A stretch of 64,000 nucleotides of DNA from Bacillota bacterium. GTDB lineage: Bacteria > Bacillota > Clostridia > Oscillospirales > QAMX01. The notes below the pieces were generated by a model. The model was not told the DNA's origin, searched no databases, and saw nothing but the letters and a program-made list of their open reading frames with translations. Position 1 is the stretch's first letter. The number at the start of each line of letters is the position of its first letter. The stretch covers positions 43,941-107,940 of the forward strand of contig JAPXRI010000005.1 in NCBI GenBank assembly GCA_033813635.1, given 5' to 3'. The position numbers were made by a program, and so were the translations under genes. Shown in pieces: positions 17,696 through 27,052 of this stretch.

Positions 17696-20173
17696 TTAGG
17701 TTTTCTTCTGTATATTATATTGCCGGGCCCGCATGCCTGTAAAGCCCGAGGGAAGATTTTTTTTGTCATAACGGTTTGCCAGGCTGTTTGTGACGAAAAG
17801 CCTGGCCTCGTTGGCCCCCTGGGTGACGAATCCGGATATATCAAAGGAGAACGGCGGCCAGAAACAGACTCCGGCGTTTTTGCCGTTCACGGTGAGCGCG
17901 CAGAAGTCATGGACGTCCGAGACAGAGAGGCAAACACCGCTGTCCGAGCCGTCAAAACAGAACGTGAACGGGTAGACCACCGTTCCGGCAAAGCCATCCA
18001 TCCCCGGAAGCCCGTTCCAGAGCCCGGGCACGGGGATGGCAAGGGTCTGCCCGCTTTCCGGTACATAGGGTTTTCCGTAGCTGATCTCGAGATCGGTCCC
18101 GTTTTCGCAGACCATAGCCCCGGTCATATCACCCGAGCGGGGAAGGATTTCCTCGCCGTTTGCCAACAATACGGCGACGACGCTCTCCCTTGCGCAAAGG
18201 GAAAGGGGCAGTTCTCCGCAGACAATGGGGCAGACGAGGGACGAGCCACGCCAGGCGTCGAGCAGGAGCGCTTTTTCGCTCTTTTCCCGAATCAGCACCG
18301 TTCCGCGGAACGTGCAGTCGCCCTCGTTGGTGAAGAAGTACGCGATATGGCCGAGATATATCCGTTTTGAGACGCGGATGTTTGGCGAGGGCGGGGACAG
18401 CAATACCGTCGGCGCCAGCCGCGCGCGCTCCACTGCCTCTACCGCGTTGTCGTCGGTGTACAAAACCACGCGGACGCCGCTTTTTTCGCAGAGCTCCCTC
18501 ACCTTACCGGCGAACAGGTCCTCCCGGCATACAATGTTCCGGTAGCTCTGCGACGCGCAGGAGAGCGTGCCGCCGCCCGCCGTGACCGCGCCCTCGTCGA
18601 AAAGAGAAGCCTCCAGATAGTTGAACTCGATCTGTCCGGTATAGAGCGGGATGCAGGGCGCGTAGGGGCAGCCGTCGTCCCCGACGATTACTGCGACCTC
18701 GGAGGTGTTCGACGCGTCTGCGTTAAACGCGCAGAGCCTTGCGGCGTAGTCAGAGAAGAGCTTCATATGGGGCCACCAGAGGTTGTTCGGGCCGACGTCC
18801 GGAGGCCGCTCGCCGGAGCGCTCGCCGCGCACCGAGTAGTAGAACGCGTGCGGCGCGAGCAGATTGACGCCGCGGACAAGGAGCCAATCGGTCAGCCACT
18901 TGATCTCCTCAAAGCGGAGATCCCAGCCGTAGGCGCCGAAGCACTCGTTTAAACTGCGCTTTCTTCCCCTGTGCAGCGCCGCGTCGGCCGAGCATTTGCC
19001 CTGAGTGCTCTGCTCGCCGGCGAGCCCGCAGCCGTATTTTTCGACGAGGGTTACAAGCTTTTTATCGGAGGACTTCTCAAGCGGATTGCCGTTCAGGCGC
19101 CTGCGACCGCCGGAGCTTTCCGGGATCAGGTAACGCCAGACGACGTCCTGCCCCGGGATGCCGAAAAACTTTTCGCTCCGGATATCGTTCCCCGCGTGGG
19201 GGTGGCCGGTCAGCGCGATATTGCGGGAGGTGCACCACCGGGATAAGGGTTTATAATAGGTATCAAGCATCAGCTTGTCGCAAAGGGAGTTCCAGCGGGA
19301 CAAAAGTTCGCCGTTTCTGTCCCATAAACGGCATAGATCCCGCTCATAAATCCCGTTTTTTGACATGAATGACAGCAGGCCGGAGGTCCAGGGCCGGAGC
19401 CCTCCCGGGAAGCCGCGCCCGGTGGGACTCGGCTCGTCCGTGAACATGCCGATAATCGTTTTGCCGAAATGCGGCTTTAAGCGTTCGTAGAACGGGTCAA
19501 ACCCGAGCTCGAGGACCTTTTCCACCGCATTTCTGTTCAAAACATCCGCATAGAGCGGCGGGTTCGCGCCGCTGTCGTCCTCGTCCGGGAAAAGCCCGCG
19601 GATCACTGCCTTTGAGTAGCGCTCGGCAAATACCAAAAGCCTTCGGTCTGCGCCGGAACCGGCGAGATCCGACCTCGCGGAATCAAAATCGCCGTGTATC
19701 CGTATGTCGGTAAACTCCCCGTTCGTTTCGGTCGCCGTCTGAATCGAGACGACCGACAGCACCTCCGAAGAATTTACGCAGGCCTCGGCGTTTTGCGCGC
19801 CCTCACGGGTAAAAATCTGCATCTCCAGCCCTTTATTGGCATATTCCGGGTATTTTTTTGCGACCTCGCCGTGCGCGGAGCCGGAGGGGTAGGAGGCCTC
19901 GTCGTACAGGATGATATACATGCCGTGGGCCGTGGCCTCCTCCGCGGCGCAGTTTATAGGGTCGAGATATTTCGGGGTCATATACCCGATTTCGCGGCTC
20001 ATGCCGATTCTGGGGTGCGGAATAAAACCGTAAAACCCCTTTTCGCGGAATTCCGCGAGCTGGACGACGATCCCGGAGCGGGTGACATTGTCGTTTAAGA
20101 ACCAGAACGGGGCCGGGGAGTACTCCCGCGGCGGGTTAAAAAAGCTGTTCTGAAGCGATGAAATATCCATCAT
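17696..20173 (-). CDS. Signal-less putative glycoside hydrolase (GH106/rhamnosidase-like N-terminal signature)
   Basis: The start is trimmed to MMDISSLQ (RBS GAGGG 7 nt upstream). The N-terminus FFNPPREYSPAPFWFLND...GFYGFIPHPRIGM matches, from memory, the signature of GH106-type uncharacterised glycosidases. The family assignment is unverified. Confidence 0.5.
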   Translation of the reverse strand: MMDISSLQNSFFNPPREYSPAPFWFLNDNVTRSGIVVQLAEFREKGFYGFIPHPRIGMSREIGYMTPKYLDPINCAAEEATAHGMYIILYDEASYPSGSAHGEVAKKYPEYANKGLEMQIFTREGAQNAEACVNSSEVLSVVSIQTATETNGEFTDIRIHGDFDSARSDLAGSGADRRLLVFAERYSKAVIRGLFPDEDDSGANPPLYADVLNRNAVEKVLELGFDPFYERLKPHFGKTIIGMFTDEPSPTGRGFPGGLRPWTSGLLSFMSKNGIYERDLCRLWDRNGELLSRWNSLCDKLMLDTYYKPLSRWCTSRNIALTGHPHAGNDIRSEKFFGIPGQDVVWRYLIPESSGGRRRLNGNPLEKSSDKKLVTLVEKYGCGLAGEQSTQGKCSADAALHRGRKRSLNECFGAYGWDLRFEEIKWLTDWLLVRGVNLLAPHAFYYSVRGERSGERPPDVGPNNLWWPHMKLFSDYAARLCAFNADASNTSEVAVIVGDDGCPYAPCIPLYTGQIEFNYLEASLFDEGAVTAGGGTLSCASQSYRNIVCREDLFAGKVRELCEKSGVRVVLYTDDNAVEAVERARLAPTVLLSPPSPNIRVSKRIYLGHIAYFFTNEGDCTFRGTVLIREKSEKALLLDAWRGSSLVCPIVCGELPLSLCARESVVAVLLANGEEILPRSGDMTGAMVCENGTDLEISYGKPYVPESGQTLAIPVPGLWNGLPGMDGFAGTVVYPFTFCFDGSDSGVCLSVSDVHDFCALTVNGKNAGVCFWPPFSFDISGFVTQGANEARLFVTNSLANRYDKKNLPSGFTGMRARQYNIQKKT

Positions 20174-20254
20174 GCTGCACCCTCTGAATGAAAGACCGCG
20201 ATTTTTAATCGGAAGGATATCCTCGTTTAATAAATTTCCGCAAGCATTGCCATT

Positions 20255-20283
20255 ATCATACACAAAGAGCCCGGCATTGTCAA
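20255..20283 (-). promoter_or_regulatory. Sigma-A-type promoter for the GH-GRE-activase-MFS operon
   Basis: The minus strand reads TTGACA-17 nt-TATGAT, about 80 nt upstream of the GH start. Confidence 0.6.
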
Positions 20284-20396
20284 TCTGACTTGATGCCCCG
20301 GGCTCCGTAAAGCAGCGCGCCGTGGAACTTCAGGTCCGCGGCACGAGCTTGTACCGGAGGATGTCCTCGGTTTTTTTGACTTGGCGAAATTCTGCC

Positions 20397-20867
20397 TCAG
20401 TCGAAAGCCTTGGTGATTTGCCCGACAAGGGCGGTTATTTCCGCTTCCCGTTTTTTCGAGGACCAGTTGATCACGCCGGAGGCGGCGATCTTTGCTCCTT
20501 TATGCGACAGCGCAGAGATAAGCTGTCTGACGGAACCGTTCCCCCCTAAAAACGCTTTGGGAAGCTTATGGGTGACAAAGCATGCGGCTTTCTTGCCGTC
20601 GAGGGCCGGAATACCGGTCAGGTATTGCTGCATCACCAGCGAAAGCCTAAAACCCCACACCGGTGCGGCGAAAACATACCCGTTAAAACCGGAGATATCG
20701 GGGACAGGGAACAGCGTTACGTTGCCCTTTGCGGCCTCGTCCTCGTTCTCTGCGGAAACCCGCAGGATTTCAGCCTCATGGCCGGCGGCGGCAAGCGAGG
20801 CGCAGAGCTTATCTGCGACGGAGAGCGTGTTGCCCGTTTTTGAATGGATCAGCAGCGCAATTTTCAT
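20397..20867 (-). CDS. Flavodoxin-fold protein
   Basis: 156 aa. The N-terminus MKIALLIHSKTGNTLSVADKL matches the flavodoxin phosphate-binding loop S/T-x-T-G-x-T. The RBS is AAGGAG. Confidence 0.75.
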   Translation of the reverse strand: MKIALLIHSKTGNTLSVADKLCASLAAAGHEAEILRVSAENEDEAAKGNVTLFPVPDISGFNGYVFAAPVWGFRLSLVMQQYLTGIPALDGKKAACFVTHKLPKAFLGGNGSVRQLISALSHKGAKIAASGVINWSSKKREAEITALVGQITKAFD

Positions 20868-20999
20868 AGTTTTTTTCTCCTTTTATTTTGATAACTAAAT
20901 TATAGTTTATGGTTTTACGCTTTACAAGCAAATCGCGGGAATTTTATATACGGTCGCGGAAACACTATAGTATATTCCAGCACGAAAGGGAACAAGCTT

Positions 21000-22634
21000 A
21001 TGTCTGTGTTTTCATATATAGCAAAAAAACTCAAATTCTGGAATAGCGGCGGCTTTGAGCAGCGGCAAAAGCGGGGCGACGATGAGGAGCAGCCCAACGG
21101 GACAGGGTACGACGACGGTCCGAGCGGAAAACTGCCGGAAAACGCCACGCTAGATAAAAGCCTCGAAAAAAACGTTCAGATATTTAAACAGATATTCGGC
21201 GAAAGCGGCGATTTCGTCATCAGAGATTTCAGGTTCGGACCCAGCGATACGGGAAAGGGAGCGATTCTATATATCGACGGGCTGGTGAACGCCATGCTTA
21301 TCACCGAAAGCATATTGAAACCCGTTTTGACATTCGCCAGCTATCAGAAACGCTATTCCGGGAATATGATCGACGAGATCAAGGAGAGCGTGATCACAAC
21401 GAGTCAGGTAGAGGACAACCCCTATTTCTCGGAACTGGCAAAGGGGTGCGCCGACGGCGATACCGTATTTTTGTTCGACGGCTACGACAGGGGACTGATC
21501 ATCAACTCAAAGGGCTGGGAACAGCGGAGCGTCGATGAACCACAGTCCGAGCACGTTGTCCGCGGGCCGCGCGAGGGCTTTACCGAAAACCTCAGGACCA
21601 ATACGGCGCTTTTACGCCGCCGCATAAAGACGCCGTTATTTCGCATGGAGCAGATGGTCATCGGCAGACAGACCAAGACAGGCATCAGCATCGCATATAT
21701 CGAGGGAATCGCCAAGCCCGACGTGGTCAAAAAGGTAAAATACAGGCTATCGAAGATCGATGTGGACTCGATAGTTGACTCGGGGTATATCGAGCAGTAT
21801 ATTGAGGACCACCCGTTTTCGATTTTCCCGACGATCGGATACAGCGAAAAGCCGGATGTGGTTGCGGCGAAAATACTTGAGGGCAGAGTGGCGATCGTCG
21901 TAGACGGAAGCCCGTTTGTGCTGACAGTGCCGCTGCTTTTTTACGAAAACTTCCAGGCGTCTGAGGACTATTATATCCGTACGCTGTACGCGTCGACCAG
22001 CAGGATACTCAGATACCTTGCGTTCGCCATTACCGTTCTAGGGCCGGGTGTGTTTATCGCGTTGACGACCTATCACCAGGAGCTGATTCCGACAACGCTG
22101 CTTTTTACCGTCGCCGCGGCGCGAGAGGGGACGCCGTTCCCGGCATTTCTCGAAGCGATTATTATGGTGATGGCCTTTCAGATTATAAGAGAAGGCGGCA
22201 TAAGGCTTCCGAGGCATGTGGGGCAGGCCATCAGCATTGTGGGCGCGCTGGTGATGGGCCAGGCCGCGGTTTCAGCCGGGATTGTCGGCGCGCCGATGGT
22301 AATTATTATCGCGATAACGGCCGTGGCTGAATTTGTCGTACCGAACCTGAACGAATGCATCGCGGTGCTTCGTCTGTTTTTTTTGATTTGCGCCACGGCG
22401 CTGGGCGGTTACGGCCTGACAATGGGAATGATTGCCTTGTTTATCAATATCGGCGCGCTGGAATCCTTCGGCGTAGAATTCTTCAGCGGGTCAAAATCAT
22501 TGCAGGAATATCAGGACAGCTATATCCGCATGCCGCTCTGGTTTATGGAGAACCGGCCGGCGGACATCGCTTCGGGGAATATGAAGAGAAGATCGTTTTT
22601 CAAGCCGCCCGCGCGTCCGAATAAGCAAAAATAA
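21000..22634 (+). CDS. Spore germinant receptor subunit A (GerA/GerKA family)
   Basis: 544 aa with GPREGFTENLRTNTALLRRRIKTP and a C-terminal block of about 5 TM helices, typical of GerAA-type proteins. Confidence 0.85.
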   Translation: MSVFSYIAKKLKFWNSGGFEQRQKRGDDEEQPNGTGYDDGPSGKLPENATLDKSLEKNVQIFKQIFGESGDFVIRDFRFGPSDTGKGAILYIDGLVNAMLITESILKPVLTFASYQKRYSGNMIDEIKESVITTSQVEDNPYFSELAKGCADGDTVFLFDGYDRGLIINSKGWEQRSVDEPQSEHVVRGPREGFTENLRTNTALLRRRIKTPLFRMEQMVIGRQTKTGISIAYIEGIAKPDVVKKVKYRLSKIDVDSIVDSGYIEQYIEDHPFSIFPTIGYSEKPDVVAAKILEGRVAIVVDGSPFVLTVPLLFYENFQASEDYYIRTLYASTSRILRYLAFAITVLGPGVFIALTTYHQELIPTTLLFTVAAAREGTPFPAFLEAIIMVMAFQIIREGGIRLPRHVGQAISIVGALVMGQAAVSAGIVGAPMVIIIAITAVAEFVVPNLNECIAVLRLFFLICATALGGYGLTMGMIALFINIGALESFGVEFFSGSKSLQEYQDSYIRMPLWFMENRPADIASGNMKRRSFFKPPARPNKQK

Positions 22635-22648
22635 CGAAGGGATTTCAA

Positions 22649-23815
22649 ATGAACCGATTGATTAGCAGAAAGATGGTTTTGTTATCGGTTTTGATACTGT
22701 CCGTGCTTACCTCGGCCTCCTGTTGGGACAGAATAGAGATGGACACGCTGACAATCGTGACCGGGATCTGCCTCGACAAAGCCGAAAACGGAGAGATTAA
22801 AATCACGATGCAGGTGGGCGAGGTGGAGAGCGAGAGCGGAGGACAATCGGAAAAAAAAACAGCGAACAGCTCGTTCTATATGGTCAGCAGCACCGGCGGC
22901 ACGCTCCACTCCTGCGTAACAAAAATCCAGGAGCAGAATAACGGCGAATTGTTTTTAAGCCAAAATCAGATTGTCATCATCTCCAGCGAGCTGGCGGCCG
23001 GCGGGATTGATAACTATATGGACTATTTTCTGAGAGACCGCGATTACAGGCTCGATCAATTCCTGCTGATTTCCGAGGGAAACGCGGTGGATATTCTCAA
23101 AGAAGAGGTTGAAAAAGGAGAAATCCCCGCGCTTACGCTAACGGATATGATTAAGATCCGAAAAGCGGTATCCAAATCGCTCACGGTAAACGTGCGCGAG
23201 TTCATTGACAAATACCTCGACGAGTCGACCGCTCCCGTTATTCCGATTATTAAAACGGAGAAGGACGGAGAAAAAACAAAATTCATTTTTGACGGGATGG
23301 GCGTGATAAAGGACGGAAAACTGATCGGGAAGCTTGACCAGGATCAGACGGACGGTTATCAATGGATAATGGGGACAATGAGAAAAACTGATTTGGACAT
23401 CGTAACGGCGGACGGGAAAATCTCGATATTGGTGACGGGTGAAAACTTAAAAACCTCCGTGGTTTTAAACGATGACAACGGCGTAAGCGTATATCTCGAC
23501 ATAGAGGCCATGCTGAATATCGAGGAGATTACGGGGTTTAAGGGGGCAAAGCTCAAAGATATTGTAGACATTATTCAGGAAGAAGCGCCGACGTTAATCA
23601 ACGGATATATCAGCGACTGTTTTTCGCAGTCAATTTCGCTTAACGCCGACGTTTTCGAGTTCGGGCATAAAATCCACCACCAGCACAAAAAACGGTGGAA
23701 AGAAATCAAAGACAGCTGGGATGAGATTTATCCCAAAACCCGGCTGTACTCGAGCGTCAAGGTTAAAGTGACGGAGAGCGGGTCGGCAGGCAACTCGCTC
23801 GACATGGAACAATAA
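22649..23815 (+). CDS. Spore germinant receptor subunit C (Ger(x)C lipoprotein)
   Basis: Lipobox-like LTSASC after a signal helix. Its length and its position within the ger operon also fit. Confidence 0.8.
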   Translation: MNRLISRKMVLLSVLILSVLTSASCWDRIEMDTLTIVTGICLDKAENGEIKITMQVGEVESESGGQSEKKTANSSFYMVSSTGGTLHSCVTKIQEQNNGELFLSQNQIVIISSELAAGGIDNYMDYFLRDRDYRLDQFLLISEGNAVDILKEEVEKGEIPALTLTDMIKIRKAVSKSLTVNVREFIDKYLDESTAPVIPIIKTEKDGEKTKFIFDGMGVIKDGKLIGKLDQDQTDGYQWIMGTMRKTDLDIVTADGKISILVTGENLKTSVVLNDDNGVSVYLDIEAMLNIEEITGFKGAKLKDIVDIIQEEAPTLINGYISDCFSQSISLNADVFEFGHKIHHQHKKRWKEIKDSWDEIYPKTRLYSSVKVKVTESGSAGNSLDMEQ

Positions 23816-23827
23816 AGGGATTTAAGC

Positions 23828-24955
23828 ATGCAAAACAACCAACCGTGCGAACTGGACAAAGGAAAAATCTCATCATCGCAGTTTATGTTTACAATCATAT
23901 GCTATCTTCAGTCGTCCTCGCTTCTTTTAGCGATAGCAACTTCGGTGACCAAGAGCGATACCTGGATAGTATGCCTTTTTGCGACACTGACAAGCCTTCC
24001 GTTTATTCTGATTTATATCAGTCTGATGAAAAACTTTCCGGGGGAAAATTTATTTTCGCTCAACACGCTCGTTTTCGGAAAGGTGGGAGGGAAATTTGTC
24101 TCGGCGCTGTACCTGTTTTTCTTCATGACGCTCACCTCGCTCAATCTGAGGGATCTTGGCGATTTTGTCAAGAGGAACGTGCTGGTTAAAACGCCGGAGT
24201 ATATCATATTGGTGATTCTGATTCTTGTAGCTGCCTATTCGGTCCGGTACGGAATTAAGAGCATTGCGAAGTACACTACGCTGCTCTGCATAACCGCCGT
24301 CGTGATTATGTCGCTGACGCTGCTCCTTGCCTTCCAGATAATGGATTTAGGAAACATATTACCATTTTTTGACTTTTCCGCAGATAAATACATCCAGGCC
24401 ACGCATATCGTCACCACGATTCCTTTCGGAGAGTGTGTGGTATTGCTGATGTTTATGCCGAATGTGGAAATCAAAAAAACCGAGGTGGGAAAGCGCTGGC
24501 TTATCGGGTTTTTTTTCGGGGCAGCTTCTCTGGTTGTGATTGCCCTTCGGGATATCGCCGTTTTCGGGGACCAGATCAGCATATACACGTTCCCGTCGTT
24601 CGAAACCCATAAGCTGCTGTCCGTGTTCCAGTCGATAAACCGGATTGAGATATTTTTCGCGGTGGAGCTGATCACGCTGAAGTACGTCAAAATCGCGCTG
24701 CTGTTCTATGTGAGCGTGCGGGGGCTTGCGCAGCTTCTCGGGCTGAAATCCTATCGGCAGATTATACTGGTGTCAGGCGTGATTATTACGGTGTACGCGC
24801 TGGTCGTCTATCAGTCAAACATAGACCACATGGCCGCGGCCCAGCAAAGGGAGCCGATTTTCTTTCTTTTGTTTGAACTGATTCTGCCCCTTACCACGCT
24901 GATAATCGCAAAAGCGAGGAAGCTTCCGCAAAAAACAGGAGGTGCGGGTAATTGA
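23828..24955 (+). CDS. Spore germinant receptor subunit B (GerAB-type permease)
   Basis: 375 aa and about 10 TM helices. It begins with the typical ISSSQFMFTI motif of spore germination permeases. Confidence 0.8.
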   Translation: MQNNQPCELDKGKISSSQFMFTIICYLQSSSLLLAIATSVTKSDTWIVCLFATLTSLPFILIYISLMKNFPGENLFSLNTLVFGKVGGKFVSALYLFFFMTLTSLNLRDLGDFVKRNVLVKTPEYIILVILILVAAYSVRYGIKSIAKYTTLLCITAVVIMSLTLLLAFQIMDLGNILPFFDFSADKYIQATHIVTTIPFGECVVLLMFMPNVEIKKTEVGKRWLIGFFFGAASLVVIALRDIAVFGDQISIYTFPSFETHKLLSVFQSINRIEIFFAVELITLKYVKIALLFYVSVRGLAQLLGLKSYRQIILVSGVIITVYALVVYQSNIDHMAAAQQREPIFFLLFELILPLTTLIIAKARKLPQKTGGAGN

Positions 24956-25167
24956 TTCGGGCGATCCTCATTATGATAATTATCGGGCTCGCAGACGTTG
25001 TGCCGATGGTTAAAGCCAAGACGAAGGATCTCCGCACGATCATCTCTTACGCGGCGCTGTACGTCCTCGCGTTTACGCTGGTGCTGCTGCTTGTGGCGGG
25101 GGTACAGCTTCCGAGTCCGATGCTCATTCTCGGTGAATTTATGCAAACGATAGGATTGTCGTATTGA
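24952..25167 (+). CDS. Small two-TM membrane protein, translationally coupled to the ger operon
   Basis: The TTG start overlaps the gerB-type stop (AATTGA), and a strong RBS (AGGAGGTG) lies 7 nt upstream. 71 aa and hydrophobic. Confidence 0.55.
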   Translation: MIRAILIMIIIGLADVVPMVKAKTKDLRTIISYAALYVLAFTLVLLLVAGVQLPSPMLILGEFMQTIGLSY

Positions 25168-25357
25168 TTTGCGAAGGGAGAACGTTTATGGTATAATGCA
25201 ACCGACACCGGCGGGTTTTAAAAGTGCGGATTTCTTAAAGTCCCGCCGTTAAAGGTTTAATTTTAGCCGTGTCACGCAAAAAGACACGGACTACATACAA
25301 AGCAAAAACCGCCAAGGGCGCTATCGGCTGGTCTGTCAGAAAGGGAGGAGCGGCGGG

Positions 25358-25744
25358 ATGGAAAACAAAACGGAAAATCCGGCGAACATGGATAATTTCG
25401 CGAAATTTATCGGCGCAAAAATAACGAAAGCCGAGCCCGGCTTTGCTGTTGCGGAGCTCGAGATAGAGGACAGGCATAAAAACGGGATAGGCATCGTGCA
25501 GGGCGGTGTAACCTATACCCTCGCGGATTTTGCGTTTGCCGCGGCGTCGAACGCCTCGGGGAGAAAAACGGTCGGCGTACAATCGAACATTACATATTTT
25601 CGGCCGCCGAAGGGGGCGCTCCTGCGGGCCGAGGCGCGAGAGGTGTCCTCCACGAAGCGGCTGTGCAACTACTGCGTCGATGTGTACGACGAGCTCGGAA
25701 CATATGTGGCGAGGCTCTGCGCGATGGGGTTTGTCAGGGATTAA
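25358..25744 (+). CDS. PaaI-family hotdog-fold thioesterase
   Basis: 128 aa with ...HKNGIGIVQGGVTYTLADFAFA..., the PaaI/YbdB-type motif. The RBS is AGGGAGGAG. Confidence 0.75.
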   Translation: MENKTENPANMDNFAKFIGAKITKAEPGFAVAELEIEDRHKNGIGIVQGGVTYTLADFAFAAASNASGRKTVGVQSNITYFRPPKGALLRAEAREVSSTKRLCNYCVDVYDELGTYVARLCAMGFVRD

Positions 25745-25815
25745 TAACATGGACCTTGGGCAGGCTTCAAAGAAAAGGATTGGCTCCGTTTAAGAGGTAA
25801 AGGCCGGACTGCTTG

Positions 25816-26205
25816 CTATAGCAGCCCGGCTTTTTCAATATCGGTCCTGATATATTTGGGGAGCCTTTCGAGCGCGGCGCGGTAGGCCTCGTCCACCATT
25901 GCTTTCAGTGCGTCGTCGGAAACGGCGCCGTTCAGGTAGACGGTGTTCCAGTGGGGCTGCTGGGAGGGCGGGCAGAAAAAACCCCGGACGACGGCGCCGG
26001 GGTAGTGCCGCCTGTAGAATAGGGCCGACTCGGGGCTACATTTCAGCGTTACTTTAAGGTCCTTTTCGGATAAATAGATCTGCGCGAAAATTGGGGTTTT
26101 CGCCCCGGCCCATATCCGGATGCAGACGGGGATGTCTCCGAACGGGTAGTCCTCATAGGCGCGGGGCTTTGAAAGACAATAGGCGATGATATCCTGTGGC
26201 GTCAT
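25816..26205 (-). CDS. MmcQ/YjbR-family protein
   Basis: 129 aa. The N-terminus ...YCLSKPRAYEDYPFGD... is typical of the YjbR family. Confidence 0.7.
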   Translation of the reverse strand: MTPQDIIAYCLSKPRAYEDYPFGDIPVCIRIWAGAKTPIFAQIYLSEKDLKVTLKCSPESALFYRRHYPGAVVRGFFCPPSQQPHWNTVYLNGAVSDDALKAMVDEAYRAALERLPKYIRTDIEKAGLL

Positions 26206-26214
26206 ATAATCCCT

Positions 26215-27039
26215 TTAGAGCTTCTGGCATTCCGGGCAGTAATAGACGCTTCCGCCGAGGTATGCCTCTTTGACGATACTCGCTCCGCAGACCGGGCAGG
26301 GAAGCCCGGCCGTTTTTTTGGAGAGGACGGTTGCGTATCCGCCGGGTTTGCCGAACAGGTCCGTCTCGGTGTCGCGCCCGCCGCGCCCGGCCATCTCCGA
26401 GAGGGTGGTTTTAACGCTCTCGAAAAGCGTATCTATCTCCTCCGGCGACAGCGCCGACATTTTCTTTTTTGGGTGAATCTTCGCGCGGAAAAGGATATCT
26501 TGCAAAACGCCGTTCCCGAGCCCGGGGATGCGCTGCCCCGTGGCAAGGAACGCTTTTGCGGAGAGTTTGCCGGAGTCTTCGCGGAAAAGGGACAGGAAAT
26601 AGGCTTTGTCGAAAGCCGCGCTTAACGGGGACGGCTTTGCCTTCGCGCCGAGATAATAGGGATTATCATACTTGCCGTCAATAAACGCGGGCATGCCCCC
26701 GTACATCTGCACGCTGCAGACAAGGGACGAAGTGTCGTCGAATGTGAGCAAAAGCTGGTGCTTTGGAGGGAGCTGCTTCCCCGGCGCGAAATAGCGGGCG
26801 AGGATGCCGTCGAAAAGGGCGATTCGGCAGTCCTCCGCGAATATCTCGACGATGCCGCCGACAGGTGCCGCGCCGGTGATTTTTTTACCCGAGAGCAGCG
26901 CGCCGTAGCTCTCCGGGTCGCCGCTGTACCAGGCGAATTTGTGGGGAGAGGACGCGGCTTTTACGTCTTTTATAACCTTTCCGGCAAGGGTTTCGTTGAT
27001 TTGCCGGGCCAGGGCTGCGCATTCGGGCAGTTCAAGCAT
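26215..27039 (-). CDS. Fpg/Nei-family DNA glycosylase-like protein with Leu in place of the catalytic Pro2
   Basis: The start is trimmed to MLELPECAAL (RBS AAGGAGGA 7 nt upstream). It has an H2TH-like middle segment (GLGNGVLQDILFRAKIHP) and a C-terminal zinc finger, CPVCG...CPECQ. Confidence 0.7.
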   Translation of the reverse strand: MLELPECAALARQINETLAGKVIKDVKAASSPHKFAWYSGDPESYGALLSGKKITGAAPVGGIVEIFAEDCRIALFDGILARYFAPGKQLPPKHQLLLTFDDTSSLVCSVQMYGGMPAFIDGKYDNPYYLGAKAKPSPLSAAFDKAYFLSLFREDSGKLSAKAFLATGQRIPGLGNGVLQDILFRAKIHPKKKMSALSPEEIDTLFESVKTTLSEMAGRGGRDTETDLFGKPGGYATVLSKKTAGLPCPVCGASIVKEAYLGGSVYYCPECQKL

Positions 27040-27052
27040 TGTAGTATCCTCC

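Noticed and set aside
17620-17844. 75-codon N-terminal extension of the GRE ORF
   Set aside because: It overlaps the 3' end of the preceding GH gene, has no RBS and is not GRE-like. Met76 has an RBS and begins the conserved N-terminus.
20868-20999. Forespore (sigma-G/F) promoter upstream of the ger operon
   Set aside because: I found only weak matches (GGAATT...CACTATA with about 19-nt spacing) and cannot support a call by eye.
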